Source of the DNA: Octopus bimaculoides
Taxonomy: Eukaryota
Reading direction: 5' to 3'
DNA length: 35,531 nt
Assembly (NCBI RefSeq): GCF_001194135.2
Contig: NC_068997.1
Span: forward strand, 9,584,344 to 9,619,874
Part shown: positions 22,777-35,181 of the stretch, piece after piece
Layout: each line of letters opens with the position of its first letter
How positions within the stretch are numbered: position 1 is the first letter of the stretch
Program-made: the position numbers and the translations under genes
Notes under the pieces: generated by a model
Database searches by the model: none
What the model saw: the letters and a program-made list of their open reading frames with translations, nothing else
Told to the model about the DNA's origin: nothing

Positions 22777-23619
22777 CCCATGTAAGTGTATGTGTGTGTG
22801 TAGGTAAATAAATAATGCATATAAATATGTGTGGCAGCATGTATGCATATATGTATTCAAATGAAAATTTGGAGATAGCAGCAGGAACTTTCACTGGGAA
22901 TTTTTTCTTTTTTGCTTTTTTAACATATACACATATACATATTTGTTGTTTTAAAAAGAGTTGTATGCAATGAATGTAAAAATTTTCTCCGAAAATTAAA
23001 ATTCTATTTTATGCTTAAAAATGGTAAAAAAAAAAATTAAAAAATTAACTACAACCAGGAAGCGACGTAAAACTAGGAAGTTCATGGGAAAACTTGAAAC
23101 ACAATTTTTCCAGTAACAAAAATATCAAAAAAAAAATTAGCATTTTTCTATTTTTTTTGGTTTTATAATTTTTCTTTTTTTTTACATTTTTTATTATTTT
23201 CTTTCATTTTCCCCAGCAAAAATGAAACACCACTCGAAACAATCCAGAATTCAGTATTAATATAATAGGAAGAGAAAAAAAAACCCCCGATTTTTTTTCT
23301 CAGGAAAGCATAGTTGTTTATGAATCCAAAAACCAGTAACCATTTGGCTTAAAAGATACAATAAGAGGGGAGGGGAAACAACAACAGCAACAATAATGAT
23401 GATGATGATGATGATGATAATGATGATAATAATAAAATAACAATAACACATAATAGCAGATATAACACATTCCATTAATTGTAAATCCTCTCCATTGCTT
23501 TTCCCAAATTTCCACAATGTTCCACAACAAATATCTATCCAAACATTGTCTTCTAGTCCTTTTCCTATCATGAATTTGTTTGTTAGAGCTACTTTAAATA
23601 CACATACAAACATGTGTGC

Positions 23620-23657
<38 letters not shown>

Positions 23658-23666
23658 GTGTGTGCA

Positions 23667-23720
<54 letters not shown>

Positions 23721-23950
23721 TATATATATATGTATGTATGTATGTATTGGTGCCCGTGTATATATATATACACGCTCACCAATACATACATACATACATA
23801 CATATAGATATATATATATATATATATATATATATGCTCACCAATACATACGTATATATATTTATGTATATTTACATCTATATATATATGCATACATGCA
23901 CACGTGCATACACACACACACACACATATGCATGCACATATATCTACATA
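23620..23950. repeat. Compound (TG)n/(TA)n/(TATG)n microsatellite containing an internal palindrome
   Basis: Direct inspection. Confidence 0.9.
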
Positions 23951-24404
23951 CAAATAATAACAATAACAACCAAACAAACTATTTAGTTCTGTTCCACCCA
24001 CCATGAAGATAATGGCTTATCCCTCCCCTCCATCTCTCTTTCCCCTTGGTTTTGCTCACTCCTCTCTTTCTCCTGCTCCCTTTCATTTCATCACTCTTTC
24101 TCCTTCTGTTCCTCCTTCTCATAACTAAATATGAATTCTTTCTTGCATTTTACTATAACATTAGCCTTTTTCAAAACCTTTCTGTTATTAAAGATTACAG
24201 AAGCAACAGGAAATTTCTTAACAATTAACTTTCAAGATGGCAAAGTGTTCATCTAAGACTGCAACTTTTCCATTGAAATGTTGATATTAGCAGTTCACTT
24301 AGAAGTGTCACAGATTTGTTTCCATTCCATTATAATAAGATAGCTTCTAAGATATTTGAAACAGATTAACACTTCTAATGGCAACCATGGAAAGATGATA
24401 ATAA

Positions 24405-24426
24405 TAATAACGATGATGACAATGAC

Positions 24427-24469
<43 letters not shown>

Positions 24470-24490
24470 GTAACAATAATGATGATAAAC
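24405..24490. repeat. (GAT)n trinucleotide repeat
   Basis: Direct inspection. Confidence 0.95.
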
Positions 24491-24651
24491 AGAATACTTG
24501 TGATCACGATGAAGAACAACAAGGCAATAATTAAATAAAATAGCAAAGCTTATTTGATACAAGATACAAGACTAATTCCTTTCTCAAATTGTAGATTTTG
24601 AATAATATCAGAATGGCATCTATTTCAGAAAACAATTAGATAATACATCAT

Positions 24652-24683
<32 letters not shown>

Positions 24684-24887
24684 GCAGTATTATCATCATC
24701 AACGTCAGGTTGTGTTGTGTTGTTTGTCTTTTTTTTTTTTTTACTACCTGTTTTATAATGTTTTATATATAGGTTAAAGATTGCAGATCATAATCACAAC
24801 GGAGAGAACATCTGAGACAGAAATAGGGAAAAGAGCAACAGAGAGAGACCAAGAGAGGAAAGCGGGAAAGAAAAGGGGAGAGAGACA

Positions 24888-24889
<2 letters not shown>

Positions 24890-24957
<68 letters not shown>
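24890..24957. repeat. (GA)n microsatellite
   Basis: Direct inspection. Confidence 0.95.
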
Positions 24958-24958
<1 letters not shown>

Positions 24959-25147
24959 GAAGAGAAAGAGATAAAAGCAGGTAATATCAAAGAAGGCAGA
25001 GAGCATACATATATAATTGAAGGGAAGAGAGACTTTCATAGCTGGATGTCCTCTCTACCATCAACCATATGTCAATATATACAGTGAATTATTTTTATCG
25101 ATTTCTCACAGGGATTGAATCCAAAGAAGGGAAAATATATTCCAAAG

Positions 25148-25230
25148 CATAGGTTCTCAAAACGGGCACTACTGCCCCCTGGTGGGCGTTGAGATGGTCC
25201 AGGTGGGTGCTGGTGCCTGCTGTGGCGGGG
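25148..25230 (+). mobile_element. Probable hAT (Charlie-like) left terminus
   Basis: CATAGGTTCTCAAAACGGGCACTACTGCCCCCTGGTGGGCG resembles CAGTGGTTCTCAA-type TIRs followed by a GC-rich subterminal palindrome. No matching right TIR seen; it may lie in the gap. Confidence 0.45.
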
Positions 25231-25524
25231 GGGAAGCGTTGGGAGGAAGGCAGTGGATTGGGGGATGCTATGAATTTATTTAATATCATTATAGTATTGT
25301 ATACAAATTATATAATATTATATTAAATATCAAATGATTAATAGTATATATAAATTAGTAAAGCATTCTAACCGGATATTAGAGGGATGTGAGTTCGATC
25401 CTCATGGCTGGCTGCTGACAAATTTTTCTGTTTTTAAAAAGAGAAAAGGATTTTATCTTTTATATCTTATACTGTTCAGTATCTATGCATTGAATAAAAT
25501 TTATCTTTCTACTCGTTCTAAAAT

Positions 25525-25727
25525 NNNNNNNNNNNNNNNNNNNNNNNNNNNNNNNNNNNNNNNNNNNNNNNNNNNNNNNNNNNNNNNNNNNNNNNNNNNN
25601 NNNNNNNNNNNNNNNNNNNNNNNNNNNNNNNNNNNNNNNNNNNNNNNNNNNNNNNNNNNNNNNNNNNNNNNNNNNNNNNNNNNNNNNNNNNNNNNNNNNN
25701 NNNNNNNNNNNNNNNNNNNNNNNNNNN
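25525..25727. other. Assembly gap (N run)
   Basis: Run of N. Confidence 1.
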
Positions 25728-26069
25728 ACTTCTGTCCTAAAGTCTCTTCAGAATAAAGAGAATCCAGTTAGTGAAGAGGCAATATCTTAGAGAATCACAG
25801 CTGGCTGAATCAATAGAACAACATAGTTTCCAGCTTTACTGTCCAAAGAATCAAGGGTTCAAATTCTGTCATTGGCAGTGTTTTCTTTGTTTAGTTAAAT
25901 TTTTTTTTTTTTTTCCTCTGGTCAAGAGACGCTGGACTGTGACTAACAAACTATAAACAGATGTACGGAATAAACTAATCAGGATTCTTTTTAACTGGTT
26001 TCATCCCCTGGCTGTGACCATACTGGAGTACTGCCATGAGCTGCTGAACAAGATCTTTTCTCTCACTAG

Positions 26070-26570
26070 TGGTGGTGATGATGATGGTAGCAGTGTGGTG
26101 ATGGTGATGATTGCGATGGTGGTGATGCTGGTGATGATGGTGGTGGTGGTGGTGGTGGTGATGCTGCTGCTGACAGGATGGTAGTGAGGATAATAACAAT
26201 TCTGATAGTGATGATAATAACATTCAGAATTGAGGCTATAATGGGTGGAGAGTGGTGGCGCAGAGAGCAGTGGAACTGATCTTGTGAGTGGCACTAGCCA
26301 TAGTGATGATGACCGACAACAAGGACAGCGGCAGCAATGATGACGATGACGATGACGATGACGGCTGTGAAAGCAGCAGTGATGGTAGTAGTGAAATTAA
26401 TGTCATATATTAGCCTTTGAATAATGTAATTAATAAGATTACATTTTGTAAACAGTTGTGGCAAATGACTCATTAGCCGAAAAATATTTTCTTCCAACTG
26501 ACATCAACGATAATGATGATGATGACAACGGAGATGACGATGGCAATGATGATGATGATGATGATGATGG
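26070..26570. repeat. Cluster of degenerate (GAT/GGT/GAC)n trinucleotide repeats
   Basis: Direct inspection; source of the poly-His/Thr/Ser ORFs. Confidence 0.85.
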
Positions 26571-27538
26571 AGTGGGGGAGGGACTTACGTCAAATTTAAC
26601 CCACCCCAATGAATAATGAAATAAGATCATTTATTGTAAACAACTGTGCTTTAAGATTCATATATGTTAAGTGGAGATTATTGTTTTATTTTTCTGTTTT
26701 CTTTTGTTTTTGTTTTTTTGTTTTTTGTAGCTTTTTTTTCCCCTCCCAACCAGAACTTGTTACAATAAACCGAATGTTCTGACATTTTTCCAGCTGGTAT
26801 TTAATTATGCTACTTCCTTTGTAAATACAAACACATGCATTATGAAAGACAAAAAAAAAAACCAGATTAGTCTCTGTTTTCCGCCATTCTAGCTTAACAC
26901 AGATTCACAGAATCACAGCTGGCTGAGGTTGATAAATCACTCATCTACAGACCCCATGATTGACAGTTCTGAACCCCTGTATTTTATCACTGGTGCCACT
27001 TCAAGTAAAGACACTGTGTACTTTTAATAAAGACACCGAACTCTCAGTGATTGAATTGACCTAACTGTACGTAGGCGGTACCATGCTAAAAAATGGTTAA
27101 TTTTTTTTTCCTTTCGACAGAAACTAATTGTCAAAAAAAAAAAGGGATATACTATATTTGCCAGAGTACAAGACATGCTTTTTTATATTTTCAAATGTAT
27201 CCGAATATTGCCCAGTGTCTAATGCAGTTGTATTGCAGATGGGAGACTGAATATTATAGGCTAAGGAACTGGATAAGCAGAAGTTTGCTAACCACAATAA
27301 TTGCTACTAATTGTTCCAGCATGGTAAATGGAAGTTAAATGATGAAAATGAAGACAAACCAAATTACCAGACTGTTAGCATAAACTTACAAAAAAAATTC
27401 CTTGCAGTTCATTGGCAGCTATGTGATGAAATCACATCATCTCATTATTCCTCCTGTCCCAGCAGACATTACTCACATCTGATATGTGTCTTATATTACT
27501 TAATGGCTGTAATACCTTTAAGATTTTTTTTTTTTACT

Positions 27539-27940
27539 AGGAGTGGCTGTGTCGTAAGTAGCCTGCTTACCAACCACATGGTCCGGGGTTCAGTCCCACT
27601 GCATGGCACCTTGGGCAAGTATCTTCTACTATAGCCTCGGGCCGACCAAAGCCTTGTGAGTGGATTTGGTAGACGGAAACTGGAAGAAGCCCGTCGTATA
27701 TATATATATATATATGTGTGTATGTATGTGTGTATACGTTTGTGTGTCTGTGTTTGTCCCCCCAACATCACTTGACAACTGATGGCGGTTTGTTTACATC
27801 CCTATAACTTAGTGGTTCGGCAAAAATGTGACTGACAGAATAAATACTAGGCTTACAAAGAATAAGTCCTGGGGTTGATTTTCTCGACTAAAGGCGGTGC
27901 TCCAGCATGGCCGCAGTCAAATAACTGAAACAAGTAAAAG
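27539..27940 (+). mobile_element. Full-length tRNA-headed SINE (octopus OR/OK-like) with central (TA)n(TG)n
   Basis: A box TGGCTGTGTCG (27544-27554), B box GGTTCAGTCCC (27587-27597), CTTGGGCAAG core, tail GGCGGTGCTCCAGCATGGCCGCAGTCAAATAACTGAAACAAGTAAAAG. Confidence 0.9.
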
Positions 27941-27943
27941 CGC

Positions 27944-28586
27944 ATCTAAATGAAAACTGCTCCTAGAAAGATGAAAGGAATGTTAAGCAGTTGAATAAAG
28001 AAGTGTTGATCATTTAATGAAGATGAAGCTGGCAGAAAAGGAAGGTCCAGAACGACATAGGACAAAGTGGTGAATACTAATCCCAGGACCCTGAACCTCA
28101 TGGAGGAGGTGACACGTGACCTGAATGAGTGGAAAATGCCTTTCACAAGAAGACCCACCCAAACACAGTAGAATCAAGTTTTGGAAGTCCAGCATGTGTC
28201 TTTTGTATGTATTTATGTAAAAAGCACCATCCGAATGTGGCCAATACCAGTGCCCCCTGACTGGCCCCCGTGCTGGTAGCACGTAAAAAGCACTATCCGA
28301 ATGTGGTCAATGTCAGTGCCACCTGACTGGCTCCTGTAGCGGTGGCATGTAAAAAGCACCATTCGAACGTGGCTGATGCCAGAGCCCCCTGATTGGCTCC
28401 CATGCCAGTGGCATGTAAAAAGCACCCACTACACTCTCGGAGTGGTTGGCGTTAGGAAGGACATCCAGCAGTAGAAACATCGCCAGACCAGACTGGAGCC
28501 TGGTGCAGCCGCTGGCTTTCCAGACTTCAGTCAAACTGTCCAACCCATGTCAGCATGGAAAATAGACGTTAAACGATGATGATGAT
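27944..28586 (+). mobile_element. RTE LINE 3' end: ORF2 C-terminal remnant, 3' UTR with 66-bp tandem units, and (GAT)n tail
   Basis: 28028-28171 translates AGRKGRSRTT*DKVVNTNPRTLNLMEEVTRDLNEWKM...*, like the RTE GRGRP.KTW...DR..W motif; ends GACGTTAAAC(GAT)4. Confidence 0.8.
28217..28426 (+). repeat. 66-bp tandem repeat, 3 units plus start of a fourth
   Basis: GTAAAAAGCAC recurs at 28217, 28283, 28349 and 28415; the units are homologous along their whole length. Confidence 0.92.
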
Positions 28587-28597
28587 ATATGTATAGG

Positions 28598-28790
28598 CTG
28601 CCTCACTAGTGCTGGTGGTATTAAATAAAGCATCCGGCACATGTAAAGTGGTTGGCATTAGGAATGGCATCCAGCAGTAGAAAACATGCCAAAGTAGACA
28701 AAGATTCCTTGGACCCATCAGATCCGGTGAAACCAGCCAACCCATGCCAGCATGGAAAATGGACTTTAAATGATGATGGTGATCATGATT
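28598..28790 (+). mobile_element. Second, more diverged RTE-type tail copy
   Basis: GTGGTTGGCATTAGGAATGGCATCCAGCAGTAGAAA ... CCAACCCATGCCAGCATGGAAAATGGACTTTAAATGATGAT. Confidence 0.75.
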
Positions 28791-28915
28791 ATTCATACAT
28801 TCAGCCCATCTTCACATATATATCATCATCATCATATATGGATGTATATACATCTATCCATATGTATGGACATATATACATCCATCCATCCACATATATA
28901 TGTGGACAGTTATGC

Positions 28916-28963
<48 letters not shown>

Positions 28964-29260
28964 GCGCATGTGTGCACACATAGACATGTATATAAGTATA
29001 TATGTATGAGTGTGTATGTATATATGTGTGTGCGTATGTGTGTGTCTAAACATTGAATAACACTGAGGAACAGCTGAAATTCAATTAACAGATCAAAGGC
29101 AGCATTCTAAAATATTATTGTCTGATGTAAGCAATTTTCGTCCATCTTTTGCAACCTAATGTAGTTTCATTTTCGTCACTAAACAAAGTTTAAAATGTGT
29201 TTAAAAATAGAATATTTATATACACACAACCACATACACTTCATATAATATTGTGTATGT

Positions 29261-29302
<42 letters not shown>

Positions 29303-29845
29303 TTGTAATATCGATGTATTAAAGAGAGGACAGAGTAATATTTGAATTCTCATTTCTTAGATATCTATCTAACTATCTGTCTATGTATCTATCTATCTAT
29401 GATATTGCAATATTTAATCTATCTTCAATCCACTCAACGCAGGTTACTAACTTAGCTAACCTACTACCTTCAAATGAATTATATAGAATAGATCAAATGA
29501 ATTATTAACTGCTTTCCTACATCATCAATCACTTTTCCGTCCACCACCACCGCCACCGCCGCCACCACCACCCCACATATGTTACTGTGGATGGATATTG
29601 AAAAGTGCATCCAACAACAAAACATCCATGTTTAAAGTACTGTCACACAACCTATAGAGTTTCACATGATGAAAGAAGTGGTCAGACAGATGTATCTCAC
29701 TAATGCATATCCATGTGAACAGCGTAAGGCATATTATCACCATTGGCAATGCATCACATGAGCCAATGTGGTAATCTCTATGCTTTCACTCCACTTGCCA
29801 GAAATATCAACCAAGTATCTCTCAGATCACACATGTCTGCGTTAA

Positions 29846-30067
29846 TCATTTAGCATTCAGGCCTGTCATATCCAAACCCAAATATTCTATCCGTTCTATG
29901 TTCAAACTGACCAGATCCAGCCTTTCACACTTTCCCTGCAATGTCTTTCTATAAATAGGCAATCACATCATTGACATCTTGAAGCTACGAGTTAGTGCAT
30001 AATTAATTCAAAACAATGTGAACAGATAAGTATTACATTTGACAGAATAATCTGGAATGCTAAAAAG
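29846..30067. mobile_element. MITE with TTTAGCATTC/GAATGCTAAA terminal inverted repeats and left TTAA
   Basis: 10-bp perfect inverted repeat at 29849-29858 and 30055-30064; ~220 bp long like the other TTAA MITEs; right TSD eroded. Confidence 0.6.
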
Positions 30068-30803
30068 ATAGAAGACAAACAAAGTCTTACAACAGGTCTA
30101 AAAATGTTAAACCTAACAGATGTTAGATCTAACTTATATCACCATGACAAAATATAAAAACTAATAATGATGATTTTTGTGTTATATAATACAAAAAGGT
30201 TTCTGAAAGTCTTAGAGAAGAAACCATGAAAGTCAAAGAGCACAAACTAATGACATAGTATATGGTAGATGTGTGCATATTTTTTTGAGAAATGTCAACT
30301 GGTTACTGGCCAAGTCATTCTTAATAACATATGGTCTGTGGAGATGGTGTAACACTTTCAGTCCATATCACAGAGTATGCATGGCTCAACCACACTGCAC
30401 AAATCATTTATGCTTCCTGGGGCAGAAAAACTTGTGAACTTGTGTTCAGCATATTTATGTAGAATCTGCAATGCAGAAAAACCCATAAATAATTTGATTC
30501 GATTTCTCTTTGAAAAACAAATGTTAGTTAAGAATACTGGTCATAACGACAATGTAGAACGATTTATGGATTAACAGATTTAGAGATAATTAAAGACATC
30601 AGAGTCTAAATAACAATCTATAATAATGATTCCTCATCTGGGTAGAAGACTGACATTTGGTAAGTAAAGGATGTGTAGTCAATTGATCTCATCCTTGAAT
30701 ACATGTGTCTGGCATTTATTTTAACATCTGAAGAATCTTGGAAGGCAAAGTCCATCTTGACAAGATTTGAACACAGAACATAAAGAGATGTAATAATATA
30801 TTT

Positions 30804-31100
30804 ATCATCATTGTTTTAATGCCCACATTTCCGTGTTTGCATGCATCAGATGGGATTTGTGGATGTGGATTTTCTTTGGCTGGATGCCCTTCCTGCTGCC
30901 AACCCTCATCTGTTTCCAAGAATGGTAATATTTCCTCATCAGCAGATACATTTTCAAAGAAGATTGGAAATGGAGGACACTACTTACATAGCAGTGACAT
31001 TCATTGACAAACTACCATGCAATGTCAAGGCAAGGAGATAGTCAGCCGGGAGCTGCACCCAAGACCATGCGATTGGGAACCAAACTGCTTACCGCACACC
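30804..31100 (-). mobile_element. SINE/RTE-tail composite, same type as 8255-8636 and 17625-17963
   Basis: GCTGGATGCCCTTCCTGCTGCCAACCCTCATCTGTTTCCAAG..GGTAATATTT shared block; degenerate tRNA head at 31045-31100. Confidence 0.7.
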
Positions 31101-31173
31101 TATTTGCATATGTGCATGTGCATATATCTATCTATCTATCTATCTATCTACATATATATATATATATATATAT

Positions 31174-31574
31174 CCTTTTATTCTTTTACTTGTTTCAGTC
31201 ATTTGACTGTGGCCATGCTGGAGCACTGCCTTTAGTTGAGCAAATCGACCCCAGGACTTATTCTTTGTAAGCTTAGTACTTATTCTATTGGTCTCTTTTA
31301 CCAAACCGCTAAGTTACGGGAACATAAACACACCAACATCAGTTGTCAAGCAATGTTGGGGGGGGGGGACAAATGCACATATGCACACACACACACACAC
31401 TCACGCACACATATATACGATGGGCTTCTTCAGTTTCCATCTACCAAATCCACTCACAAGGCTTTGGTTGGCCCAAGGTTATAGTGGAAGACACTTGCCC
31501 AAGGTGCCATGCAATGGGACTGAACTTGGAACCATGTGGTTGGTAAGCAAGCTACTTACCACACAGCCACTCCT
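31174..31574 (-). mobile_element. Full-length SINE of the 27539-27940 family, inverted
   Basis: Reverse complement starts AGGAGTGGCTGTGTGGTAAGTAGCTTGCTTACCAACCACATGG and is collinear to the tail. Confidence 0.9.
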
Positions 31575-31849
31575 GTGCCTATGTATATATATATATATTT
31601 TATATACATATGCAAGATGTTTAGCCCAACATGCTCTGCACTCTGCTACTCCATTTCTCTCTGTAGCACAAAATGATAATATGTCTTAACTGTCCAATTT
31701 CTAGTAATCTAGCTGTTGAGTCAAAGGCAAGCAGAATTTTATGCAGCAACTCCAGTGAAGGAAAGTTCTACCATTTTAACATTAGAACTTGTAGGAGATA
31801 GATTCTAAGTGCCAATATCACAAATTAGACATGTGCTTGCGTATATGCA

Positions 31850-31955
<106 letters not shown>

Positions 31956-32818
31956 TAGATACCTTTGATGTATTATTATAATAATCTCAAAACAGATTAT
32001 AAATTTTATGTTTATTCAGTTTTCAGTGATCTTTTCAAGTTGAAATAAATGTTTCAGCCAAGACTATAAAAATAGTCAATTTCGGCTCACTTTAAGTTTT
32101 AGATCATGTAGGAGAAGAAGAAGAAGAAGAAGAAGAAGAAGAAGAAGGAAGGAACAAACAAAAGAAAAAAAAATCAACTGCAAATCATATGAAATGTAAG
32201 AGCAAACAGAAAATTTAGAAAATGCTGACATTTAAACAATGCCTATTGTTAAATAGAAATAATTGAAAGTCTAAAATCTTTGAATAATTATCATTGCTTC
32301 ACTTTCAAAATTATTAGCTCATAGTCTTTCTTTCACTTCTAAATAGCAAGTCTAAAGAAAAGATTTTTCAAAATACATTAAAAGGCAACAAAATTTTGAA
32401 ATTACTAGTAAAGATATTTTGATATCTTGGTAGTGGAATAATAATAACAATAAGAATAATGATAAAAGAAATATAAAAATATTAAATTTAAAACATCTAC
32501 AAATTACCTTGACTTCTCAACGAAATGGCAAATTAGATGGAGAAATGTTGTTTACACTGTATTACCAAAAAGAAATTTCAAAATAACATTCATAAATGCT
32601 ACATATTCTGTGGGTAGGGGTACGTGTGCAGGGGTGGTGGTGGTGGTATGTGGGGATGTATGAGGGGTGTGTGTTTAAATGTATATGTGTAGACACACAT
32701 ATGTATATATATATATATATATATATAAGCAGATATATACATACAGGTATACAAACATACATATATACACATACAAAAGTACACATACACAAACACACAT
32801 ATACACTTAACTTTTACT

Positions 32819-32851
<33 letters not shown>

Positions 32852-33090
32852 AAACAGCATATATAGGTAATTTTAATAAAGAATGTGTGATACTTAAATG
32901 CTTAGAAAGTTTTAGCGCAAACTAAACTGCTTTCTCTCTTTTCTGCATCAACACTGAATCGACTTGATTTTCTTTCAATAGATGGCTAACTTTCTGCAGC
33001 ATACACAACTCGTACTAATAGTTGTAACAAGAACGGAAATTAGTTAAAATATTCGAGGTGTCAAGTTTGAAATGTTAACACAATAATTAA

Positions 33091-33310
33091 CCCTTTCGTT
33101 ACCAACCCGGCTGAAACCGGTTCTGGCTCTGAGTACAAATGTCTTGTTTTCATAAGTTTTGAATTAAAATCTTCCACCAACCTTAGTCACAATTTATGTT
33201 CCTTACACTAGTGTAATGATAACTAAGTTATTTTACTAAATTCTTTGTTATACTTAAAATTAATTGAAAGAAACATAGAGCATCTCAACAGAAATATGGT
33301 AACAAAAAGG
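33091..33310. mobile_element. TTAA-flanked MITE (piggyBac-like), copy A
   Basis: TTAA(33087-33090)-CCCTTTCGTTACCA ... TGGTAACAAAAAGG-TTAA(33311-33314). Confidence 0.85.
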
Positions 33311-33341
33311 TTAAAATATATAATAGAGAAACAATTCTTAG

Positions 33342-33563
33342 CCTTTTTGATACCAACCTGGCTGAAACTGTGTCTGACTCTATAGTACAAATGTCTTGTT
33401 TTCGTAAATTTGGAATTAAAATTTTCCAACAAACCTTAGTCACAATTTATGTTCCTAACTGTAGCTTAATGATAACTAAGTTATTTTACTAAATTCTTTG
33501 TTATATTTAAAATTAATTGAAAGAAGCACAGAGCATCTCAACAGAAATACAGCAACAAAATGG
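33342..33563. mobile_element. TTAA-flanked MITE (piggyBac-like), copy B, direct tandem of copy A
   Basis: TTAG-CCTTTTTGATACCA ... CAGCAACAAAATGG-TTAA; collinear with copy A. Confidence 0.82.
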
Positions 33564-34153
33564 TTAAAAGATGGTAGATTAAAAAGGTAATTTAATTCCA
33601 TAATTACTCCAGGAGTAATGAAGTTAAGTCCTCATTAGGTATTATATAATCCAAGGTATTCCACTAGTTCAATCTGCATCATATGATAGTAAAGTCATTT
33701 GTATAGGTTTAAGATTATTGAAATTTTTAACATTGAGGGAAAAACAAGGAGAAAATGGAGAATAAATGGCTGTAATAACTGATTCATTTGCATGTTTTGG
33801 AGATTCCCATCAACTTATTGGTTTGACAGAAATTAAATACATATGCATGTACATATACATACAAATCCATATGTGCACATATTTAATCACACACACATAT
33901 GAATGTATAATGTGTATATATACATACATATATATATATTATAAGGCAAGGAAGAAATTGGAGATGTTTGTCAACTAATTATCTTCTCTATTTTCTTCCT
34001 TGCCTTATAAATTCCGGTTAAATTTTTGTTTACCTCGACACACACCTATTATTCAATTGCACAACAGTAAGCATTTGGATATATATATAGGTATCCATCC
34101 AGTAGTATATAGGATATTTATTATCCCTTAGATGGCTGTCTAACCTCTAACTC

Positions 34154-34204
<51 letters not shown>

Positions 34205-34646
34205 TTGGAGCACCAGTAATCCGTTACAGCACTTACCTAGCATACCTAATCATTTAGATCACCTATGAACTAAAGCCCCATACTTTGTGTATATATATAT
34301 ATATATGTGTGTGCGTGTGTTATGAATATATATTTCTCTTTTATATCACATGATGTGAATGAACAGTAGAGTTGTTTGTTATATGAGTGCCACAGGTCAA
34401 TCACTGGTTTGATTCACAGGTCAATGACATTGAGGGGGATAAAAGTGTGTTTCTGCAGCCAGGTGCATTTTCTCATTGCTCTCTAGGTCTATTGCCAAAA
34501 GATATAACCACAGACACAAAAACACATACATACATCATAAACACATACGCAAAATATGACAAACTTTTTAATAGTTACAATATAGCATTGCCACTTATTC
34601 AATATTCACCATCCTGAAGCACACATTTTGGGACACACATACACAT

Positions 34647-34687
<41 letters not shown>

Positions 34688-34919
34688 CAGGAAAAAATGT
34701 ATAAACAAACGATGTAACATATACTGAATGTAAGAATGAATGGGAGACAAACAGGAGGTCTGTAATTCTTCATCAGTTATCTCTCCCGTTCAGTTTTTAC
34801 ATTCAGTATACATTACATCATTTGTGTATATATTTTTTCATTTACCAAGTAATGGAACCCAGAACCATGAGGCTGCAGAGCGAGCTTCTTACCACAAAGT
34901 CATGGTTGGTGGGTTGCTT

Positions 34920-35148
34920 AGGCCACATTACTCTGTAAGGAGCATAGGGTTGGTTTCCCTGGTTTTTCTGGCATATATAGTCCTCCCTGGACAGGACACT
35001 GGTCCCTCACAGGATTACCCACTTTTGCCAGCTGAGTGGACTGGAGCAGTATGAAATGGAGTGATTTGCTCAAAAACACAACACATCGCCCAGTCCAAGA
35101 ATAGAAACCACAATCTTACAACCATGAATCCACTAAACCATGCACCTC
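34920..35148 (-). mobile_element. tRNA-headed SINE, family of 4140-4457
   Basis: GCCAGCTGAGTGGACTGGAGCAGTATGAAATGGAGTGATTTGCTCAAAAACACAAC is shared with 4290-4345; head at the right end. Confidence 0.7.
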
Positions 35149-35181
35149 CATACCACACAGCCATGTCTGAATATATATATA

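Noticed and set aside
25975-26630. Poly-His/Gln/Thr/Ser ORFs resembling transcription-factor low-complexity regions
   Set aside because: They are degenerate (CAT/CAC)n repeats like others at 23.4 and 24.4 kb, with no splice boundaries or folded domain.
27539-27610. tRNA genes at SINE heads (also 9382, 15.5 kb, 17625, 22.77 kb, 31.57 kb)
   Set aside because: A/B boxes are present but no acceptor stem or cloverleaf forms, and each continues into SINE body.
28217-28426. 66-bp periodicity as a CRISPR array
   Set aside because: The units are homologous along their full length (no unique spacers), the context is eukaryotic, and there are no cas genes.
30330-30465. Minus-strand ...ttgcag acceptor followed by ILHKYAEHKFTSFSAPGSINDLCSVVEPCILCDMD*
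   Set aside because: A single short frame with no recognisable homology or partner exon; likely chance.
30931-30942. Minus-strand CTGATGA-G-GAAA as a second hammerhead core
   Set aside because: No stem II is possible and stem I does not form; it lies inside a SINE tail.
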